Assembly: GCA_047611865.1 (NCBI GenBank)
Contig: JBLFWS010000036.1
Span: 1-23,642, forward strand
Source of the DNA: Chlamydiales bacterium
GTDB lineage: Bacteria; Chlamydiota; Chlamydiia; Chlamydiales; JBDQID01
Direction: 5' to 3'
DNA length: 23,642 nucleotides
The notes beneath the pieces were generated by a model. It was not told the origin of the DNA, ran no database searches, and worked only from the letters and a program-made list of their open reading frames with translations. Shown in pieces: positions 17,684 to 23,642 of the stretch (position 1 is its first letter; every line of letters begins with the position of its first letter). The translations under genes were made by a program, and so were the position numbers.

Positions 17684-17712
17684 AGCATAATCAGGTATTC
17701 CTTAATTTGCAA
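17684..17712 (-). promoter_or_regulatory. Putative sigma66/sigma70 promoter of the TPR gene
   Basis: Minus strand TTGCAA-N17-TATGCT. Confidence 0.55.
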
Positions 17713-17720
17713 ATACCCTC

Positions 17721-19790
17721 TTAGAGTTCTTTGAATTTGGCTAAGATTTCGGATAGATTCGTCATCGGAAGTGCTCCCTGCCCACCCTGGCAGATATAAA
17801 CAGTAGTTTTTCCATCCCGGGACCTTTGGTTCCTAACAAATGGTAAAAGTTCAAAAAGATGCTCATCATCTTCTCTACGCCAAATTACCACTTTGTAGGG
17901 GATAAAATGCTCTGCTAAGGCACACTGAATTTCTACTTTATGTTCATCATCTTGATTCAAAGCAATAACAATTTCTACTGTTTTTTCACTGAGGTACCAC
18001 TGTAAGACAATTAAATGATAACAATAGCTTGGGTTAAAGCCATCGAGGTATTCTTTTGCAGCACGTAAAATATCTTCTGCATGTTCAAGGTATCGCAATT
18101 CTCCAGTAAACTGGTATAGCCTCAAAAGGTTTTCACAATGTGCTGCGTTACCTGATGGGATAGCACCGTCAACGAATTCACATCTATTAATAAGAAGGCT
18201 TGAGTCTGAACCATCTGTGGAAAAAAATGCCCCCTCATGTTCTTTAAAAGAATTCTCCAGAACAGCTGTCAGCTGCATTGCCCATGCCAGCCACCCTGCA
18301 TCTCCATCTACTTCAAACAAAGTAAGGAGCCCCTGGATCATAAAAGCATAATCTTCGAGGGTAGCATCAAAACGTGCTTCTCCATCACACCATCTCCTAA
18401 GAAACCGACCGTCAACCCATAGGTGTGATTTAACAAATCGTGCTGCTTTTTTAGCCGCTTCAAGTGATCTGTTATCCTGCAGAATCCTTGCCGACTCTGC
18501 CAGAGCGTTTATGGTGAGACCATTCCATGAAGAAATTATCTTTTCATCACGGAAAGGCTTAGATCGTTTTTTTCTAGCTTCAAGAAGAATACGTCTTTGA
18601 GTTTCAAAGTGCAGGGCCAGCTCATCTTCCTCCATTTCCTTTAATTCAGCGTATTCTTCTAGAGAATAGGGAGCGTTGATAACATTCCGCCCCTCGAAAT
18701 TTCCATCACGAGTGATATCGTAATATTCGCAAAACAAAGTACAATTATCAAATCCCAGTATATTGGCTACTTCTTCGTAAGTCCATGTGTAGTAGTATCC
18801 TTCCTTACCCTCCAGATCAGCATCCTCTGCGCTATAGAATCCACCATTTTTATGCTCGAGGTTAGAAATAAGGTAGGAGATAACATCTTCACTTAACTTT
18901 CTATAATGCGGTTTTTTAGTCAGCTGCCACATTTCCAAGGTGGCTCTGACAATAAGAGCATTGTCATAAAGCATTTTTTCGAAATGAGGAACCATCCACC
19001 TTTCATCTGAGGTGTATCTTGCAAAACCACCTCCAAGATGATCGTGAATCCCTCCTCGCTGCATCATTTCCATGCTTTTATCAGCATAGAACAAAGCACG
19101 GGCATCTCTCGTTTCGAAAACATAGCGCAACATAAAGCATATTTGACACACAACGGGGAATTTGGGCATGCCTTTAATTCCACCATAAATGGGGTCCGCG
19201 AGGCGAAAGAGAAGTTCTGCCGTATTTACTGAATGCAAAGAATCCGGCATTTCCGCTCCTTGAGCGAACTGACTATTTTCGAATGTCTCGACAATTCGTT
19301 CGGCTTGGAGACTCACATTCTGACGCTCCTCCCCATCCCACATGGCTTTAATATTCAGTATCATCTGCCCCATCCCAAGAGGCCCAAGTGAACCATCCTC
19401 AGGAAAGTAAGTCATTGCATAAAAAGGCTTTAAGTCTGGAGTTAGCACTACATTGAGAGGCCAGCCGACAACTCCTGCCATCATTGTTTGAGCAAAGTCC
19501 ATATAAATCGCGTCAACCTCAGGAAGTTCCTCACGGTCAACCTTAATACAAACGAAAGATTCGTTTATAAGGTTCGCAATTTCAATATTATTGAAACATT
19601 GCTTTTCCATCATATGACACCAATGACAAGTCGCATAACCAATAGAAAGAAAAATTGGTTTTTCTTGCTTTCTAGCGGCCTCAAATGCATCTTCTCCCCA
19701 GGGAAACCAGTCTACTGGATTGTGGGCATGATGCAAGAGGTGGGGAGACTTTTCATTGATAAGTCTATTAGTGTAAGGGTGCTCTATCAT
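17721..19790 (-). CDS. yyaL: YyaL/SSP411 family protein (thioredoxin domain plus six-hairpin glycosidase-like domain)
   Basis: [58 protein letters not shown]. Confidence 0.95.
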   Translation of the reverse strand: MIEHPYTNRLINEKSPHLLHHAHNPVDWFPWGEDAFEAARKQEKPIFLSIGYATCHWCHMMEKQCFNNIEIANLINESFVCIKVDREELPEVDAIYMDFAQTMMAGVVGWPLNVVLTPDLKPFYAMTYFPEDGSLGPLGMGQMILNIKAMWDGEERQNVSLQAERIVETFENSQFAQGAEMPDSLHSVNTAELLFRLADPIYGGIKGMPKFPVVCQICFMLRYVFETRDARALFYADKSMEMMQRGGIHDHLGGGFARYTSDERWMVPHFEKMLYDNALIVRATLEMWQLTKKPHYRKLSEDVISYLISNLEHKNGGFYSAEDADLEGKEGYYYTWTYEEVANILGFDNCTLFCEYYDITRDGNFEGRNVINAPYSLEEYAELKEMEEDELALHFETQRRILLEARKKRSKPFRDEKIISSWNGLTINALAESARILQDNRSLEAAKKAARFVKSHLWVDGRFLRRWCDGEARFDATLEDYAFMIQGLLTLFEVDGDAGWLAWAMQLTAVLENSFKEHEGAFFSTDGSDSSLLINRCEFVDGAIPSGNAAHCENLLRLYQFTGELRYLEHAEDILRAAKEYLDGFNPSYCYHLIVLQWYLSEKTVEIVIALNQDDEHKVEIQCALAEHFIPYKVVIWRREDDEHLFELLPFVRNQRSRDGKTTVYICQGGQGALPMTNLSEILAKFKEL

Positions 19791-19958
19791 ATTTCACGCA
19801 TCCTTAAGGTTCACCACTTCGTTCTTATTATCTCATAGTTTCAACATTTAAAAAATGCTTTCTATTTTGCGTTAACTCACACTTCGTTTATGCTGCATGA
19901 TCTTACAATCGACATAATGGGTTGTGTACTTAAGAAATTTTATACAAGGAGTGCGATA

Positions 19959-21074
19959 ATGCCCCTAATTCCTATGAGACCTTTACTAGATCATGCAGCA
20001 AGTTCCAATTATGGTGTCGTTGCTTTAAACGTAAATAATATGGAGCAGATTCAAGCTATTATGGAAGCTGCCCGTGCCACAAATAGTCCTGTTATTGTAC
20101 AGGCCAGCCGTGGTGCACGCTCCTATACAAACGACAACTTCCTGCGACACCTAATGTTAGCTGCCGCAGAACTCTACCCAGAGATTCCTATCGTCATGCA
20201 CCAGGACCATGGCAATGGTCCCGAGACATGTATTAGTGCTATCAGACAGGGCTTTACCAGTGTAATGATGGATGGCTCCCTGGAAGAAGATGGTAAAACT
20301 CCAGCTAGTTACGACTATAATGTTGCCGTGACCAGACATGTCGTTGACATTGCCCACGCTGTTGGGGTTTCCGTAGAAGGAGAACTAGGCTGCCTTGGCT
20401 CTATTGAAACAATGAGTGGTGACAAAGAAGATGGACACGGAGCAGAAGGACAGCTGAGTCTAGAACAGCTTCTTACAGACCCTGATCAGGCTGTTGATTT
20501 CGTTCAGAGAACCGGAGTAGACGCCTTAGCAGTAGCCATAGGCACTAGCCATGGAGCGTATAAGTTCACCAAGAAACCTACTGGTGACGTTCTTATGATC
20601 GACAGAATACTTGAGATTCACAGTAAAATCCCTAACTGTCATCTTGTTATGCACGGAAGTAGTTCTGTACCTCAAGATCTTTTACAAACGATCAATGCCA
20701 ATGGCGGTAAGATTCGCGAAACCTACGGTGTTCCTGTTGAAGAAATTCAAAAAGGCATTCAAGCCGGAGTAAGAAAAGTTAACGTTGATACCGACAACCG
20801 CTTAGCCATGACTGCTGCAATTCGTACTATCCTGACTCAAAATCCTGAAGAGTTTGACCTACGCAAATATATGAAGCCTGCAAGATCTGCCATGCAGAAA
20901 GTTTGTGAAGATCGCATGCGACAGTTTGGTCAAGCTGGACAAGCACCGCATGTGCCTATTGTCACACTTGAAGAAATGGCAAAAGCTTATATTTCAGGAA
21001 AATATGGGGAAAATGCCAAGCCCAGCGCTTTGTGGAACAATCCAAGAATCCCTCTTGCCGCACCGGTTGCATAA
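19959..21074 (+). CDS. fba: Class II fructose-bisphosphate aldolase (CbbA-like subtype)
   Basis: [53 protein letters not shown]. Start ATG 19959 after AAGGAG. Confidence 0.96.
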   Translation: MPLIPMRPLLDHAASSNYGVVALNVNNMEQIQAIMEAARATNSPVIVQASRGARSYTNDNFLRHLMLAAAELYPEIPIVMHQDHGNGPETCISAIRQGFTSVMMDGSLEEDGKTPASYDYNVAVTRHVVDIAHAVGVSVEGELGCLGSIETMSGDKEDGHGAEGQLSLEQLLTDPDQAVDFVQRTGVDALAVAIGTSHGAYKFTKKPTGDVLMIDRILEIHSKIPNCHLVMHGSSSVPQDLLQTINANGGKIRETYGVPVEEIQKGIQAGVRKVNVDTDNRLAMTAAIRTILTQNPEEFDLRKYMKPARSAMQKVCEDRMRQFGQAGQAPHVPIVTLEEMAKAYISGKYGENAKPSALWNNPRIPLAAPVA

Positions 21075-21088
21075 GCAATAGCTTATTA

Positions 21089-21113
21089 AGGAGTACGGTC
21101 TTACCGTACTCCT
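21089..21113. terminator. Hairpin terminator between convergent fba and ispG
   Basis: Perfect 11-bp stem AGGAGTACGGT-CTT-ACCGTACTCCT; U-tracts are weak on both sides. Confidence 0.7.
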
Positions 21114-21146
21114 GCTAAGGACCCATTAAGAAATAACTTGGTTTTT

Positions 21147-23120
21147 CTAAACGGTTCCTAACTCTAGCACCTCTTTTTCTTGAGGCTCTTCCCAACGGCC
21201 ATGTGCCTTTATCAATTCGATGAGCCTTTCATCAGCTTCATCAAAATCAATATTCTTCTCGACACATTCTTTACCTACATAAAGATCTATCTTATCGGTT
21301 CGGGAGCCTACATAACCAAAATCCGCATCTGCCATTTCGCCAGGCCCATTTACGATACAACCCATGATGGCTATTTTGACGCCAGGTAAGTGACTGGTTT
21401 TTTCACGAATCCGACTCGCTACTTCTTGAAGATTAAAGAGCGTGCGCCCACAGCTTGGGCATGAAATGAATTCTGTTTTAACAGTACGTAGCCTTGATCC
21501 TTGAAGAATATTAAAAGAGAGAGTAGTCGCAAAATCGCTACCATAGGGAGCACGCACCATTACTCCATCACCTAAACCGTCACATAACAAAGAGCCCATT
21601 TCTGCTGCGGCTTGAATCATAACATCATCGAGTTCATCACAGTAATGGAAAGATAAAAGCACGGGAGTCCTTAGACCTATTTCCTGAAGGTAATCAAAGA
21701 ATTTTCTAGACTGGTGTACCGAATTCTTTTTTGGTGAGAAGAAAATCAAAGAGGTCTTTAGATTCAAAAGCTTGGCCCATTGTTCTTCATCATCATTTAC
21801 AATCACTGTAAAAGTTTCTTCGGTTTTTACCGTATTGAAGTCAAAGCGCTTTCTAATTTCTTTGTTCAGCTGATTTTTTTGTGCCTCTTCAAGAGTAAAA
21901 ACACGGTGCCCTCCTTGAAAAGAAAATTCCGAGAAAACTGCAACTCCAATACTTTGTAAGGTGGAAATTTTTTCAAACTCCTCACCCAAAAGGAGCTCTT
22001 CTTTCAAGAAAACAGCATCTACTGTTCCGATACCCTTTTCTATAAGACCTTCGTTATCAGCCAAGCACCCCAAGGAAACAAAAAAATCTTCACATTGAAT
22101 ATCTTTGCGGCTTAAGCCAACAACCACCGTTCCATCACGGTGAAGTAAAGGGTTGCTTGCCACATCACTTTCTCGCTTATGATAGCTCGTGCTGACACGG
22201 TGTTTTTCCACGAAAGCCTCGACGCCCATTGCCTTACTATGAGCGACGCCTAGTTTTACCAAGCGTTGGCAAGGATCGATTTCCTCCCAAGGATCTTCCG
22301 TTAGGGAAACCCTTAGGGTATCTCCGAGACCGTCAAGTAATAGAGAGCCCATGCCGATTGCTGATTTCACTCGCCCATCTTCACCCTCTCCAGCTTCGGT
22401 AACCCCAAGATGAATGGGGTAGTCCCAACCCAGGGAGTACATTTTTTCTGCAAGCAGGCGATAGGCCGAAATCATAACCCGGGTATTGCTAGCTTTCATG
22501 GAAAACATGAAGTCATGGAAGTCATGCTGCCGACAAACGTTTGCAAATTCAATGGCAGACTCTACCATTCCCTCGGGAGTATCCCCATAACGGTTCATAA
22601 TTCTGTCTGAAAGCGAACCGTGATTTGTTCCTATTCTTAAAGCTCTTTTGAATTTTTTACATTTTTCAACCAGGGGACCAAACTTTTCTTCAATTCTTAA
22701 AATTTCTTTGTGGTAAGTTTCATCATCATATTCTAAGGATTTGAAAGTTGCTCGTTTGTCTACAAAATTCCCGGGGTTCACACGAACTTTGTCTACGAAC
22801 TCCACTACTGTCATTGCTGCTGGAGGATAAAAGTGTATATCCGCAACGAGAGGAACGGTGTAGCCCTTCTGTATTAAAGAATTTTTTATATGTTCACAGG
22901 CTTTAGCTTCCTTCATTCCCTGTACAGTTATGCGTACAATATCACAACCGGAGTCTACGAGTCTGATAATTTGCTCAACGGTCTCTTCCACGTTTCTGGT
23001 ATCAGAAGTAGTCATTGACTGGATTCGTACAGGGTTATCCCCTCCCACTCCTACATTTCCTACCATTACTTCGCGGGTGGGACGTCGCTTTGTACGCCAA
23101 ATAGATTCACAATATTTCAT
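21147..23120 (-). CDS. ispG: HMBPP synthase IspG/GcpE, long (insertion-domain) form
   Basis: RIQSMTT, PLVADIHF, RVNPGN, RIGTNHGSLS, HLGVTEAG, GDTLRVSL, ISCPSCGRT, MGCIVNGPGE. Start set at ATG 23120 (MKYCES). Confidence 0.97.
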   Translation of the reverse strand: MKYCESIWRTKRRPTREVMVGNVGVGGDNPVRIQSMTTSDTRNVEETVEQIIRLVDSGCDIVRITVQGMKEAKACEHIKNSLIQKGYTVPLVADIHFYPPAAMTVVEFVDKVRVNPGNFVDKRATFKSLEYDDETYHKEILRIEEKFGPLVEKCKKFKRALRIGTNHGSLSDRIMNRYGDTPEGMVESAIEFANVCRQHDFHDFMFSMKASNTRVMISAYRLLAEKMYSLGWDYPIHLGVTEAGEGEDGRVKSAIGMGSLLLDGLGDTLRVSLTEDPWEEIDPCQRLVKLGVAHSKAMGVEAFVEKHRVSTSYHKRESDVASNPLLHRDGTVVVGLSRKDIQCEDFFVSLGCLADNEGLIEKGIGTVDAVFLKEELLLGEEFEKISTLQSIGVAVFSEFSFQGGHRVFTLEEAQKNQLNKEIRKRFDFNTVKTEETFTVIVNDDEEQWAKLLNLKTSLIFFSPKKNSVHQSRKFFDYLQEIGLRTPVLLSFHYCDELDDVMIQAAAEMGSLLCDGLGDGVMVRAPYGSDFATTLSFNILQGSRLRTVKTEFISCPSCGRTLFNLQEVASRIREKTSHLPGVKIAIMGCIVNGPGEMADADFGYVGSRTDKIDLYVGKECVEKNIDFDEADERLIELIKAHGRWEEPQEKEVLELGTV

Positions 23121-23427
23121 TGGATGCCTGTGATAACTTAAAGGTAGTATCATACAGAATTTAAATGATTTAGCTCAAGGTCTTGAGAAGATAAATAAAA
23201 TTATTCCTTTGGTCTTTCCCTAAGATTTTGAAATTCAAAGACGTTTGTAAACAATCTCTCTGAACTCTCTCACTTCCTAGCTTTTTTGGGATATAGATAG
23301 AGCTTCCCGTCAGACATTTACGTTGTGGAGCTTATTTCAAGAATTTGCGAGGTGAAAATTTTACTATGTAGTACAGCTATTTTTCTTCTTCCCGTTTACT
23401 TAAAAAATGTGCTTAGGAGGAGTTGTC

Positions 23428-23642
23428 ATGAAGGTTTTTCTAAAAAGCTTATTTAGGTCGTGTATTAAAATTACAAAATGCTCTCAAAATCAAACATTCC
23501 CTAATTTTAAGACACTACCCCGTTTTGTTTGGGTAGAGGTACGTTTTCTCCACATTCCTCTTTCTGCAGAGATCCAATATGAGCATGTAACAAATAGCAG
23601 CCTCTTGTCTGGGGGGGGGGGGGGGGAAGCACTATGGTTTTA
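23428..23642 (+). CDS. 5' part of a putative gene running off the window, containing an in-frame miniature element and a G16 tract
   Basis: AGGAGGAG at 23415-23422, ATG 23428, no stop to the window end (MKVFLKSLFRSCIK...IPLSAEIQYEHVTNSSLLSGGGGGEALWF). Confidence 0.45.
   Translation, partial: MKVFLKSLFRSCIKITKCSQNQTFPNFKTLPRFVWVEVRFLHIPLSAEIQYEHVTNSSLLSGGGGGEALWF
23456..23519. mobile_element. 64-bp IS1-like miniature inverted-repeat element
   Basis: Left end GGTCGTGTATTAAAATTAC; right end reverse-complemented GGTAGTGTCTTAAAATTAG (16/19 identical); matches the copies at 210-249. Confidence 0.65.
23611..23626 (+). repeat. Poly-G homopolymer (16 nt)
   Basis: 16 consecutive G residues. Confidence 0.9.

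Noticed and set aside
19890..19958. N-terminal extensions in the ORF track (fba; also 4118-4189, 1639-1653, 23121-23153)
   Set aside because: Downstream starts match family N-termini or have better ribosome-binding sites. The upstream fba and ispG ATGs overlap promoter-like -10 boxes (TATGCT 19889-19894; TATGAT 23154-23149).

Overview
A ~40% GC bacterial chromosome segment, very likely from an environmental member of the phylum Chlamydiae. The evidence is the ruvB-SpoIID pairing, a chlamydial-type MgtE N-terminus (MDSKTSQLDD), a long insertion-type IspG, an LcrH/CopB/CopD-like translocon cassette and an Inc-like protein. Housekeeping genes (spoIID-like, ruvB, an NSS transporter, typA, mgtE, a TPR protein, yyaL, class II fba, ispG) flank a ~7 kb type III secretion accessory island (4.8-11.6 kb). 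The most striking item is the first gene of the translocon operon. It encodes a 162-aa helical protein whose C-terminus resembles EspA/SseB/Bsp22 tip/filament proteins, sits in the Salmonella SPI-2 order (sseB-sscA-sseC-sseD), and is followed by an internal terminator-like hairpin. The island also holds an Inc-like protein, a DOT1-like methyltransferase, a 720-aa candidate nuclear effector built from 12-residue MgtE-N-like repeats, and a class I chaperone-like gene. Intergenic DNA carries a 165-bp fold-back element, IS1-like miniature-element ends at both window edges, REP-like GAA-loop hairpins, and an open ORF at the right edge with an in-frame miniature element and a G16 tract. All family assignments come from motif recognition by eye; no searches were run.
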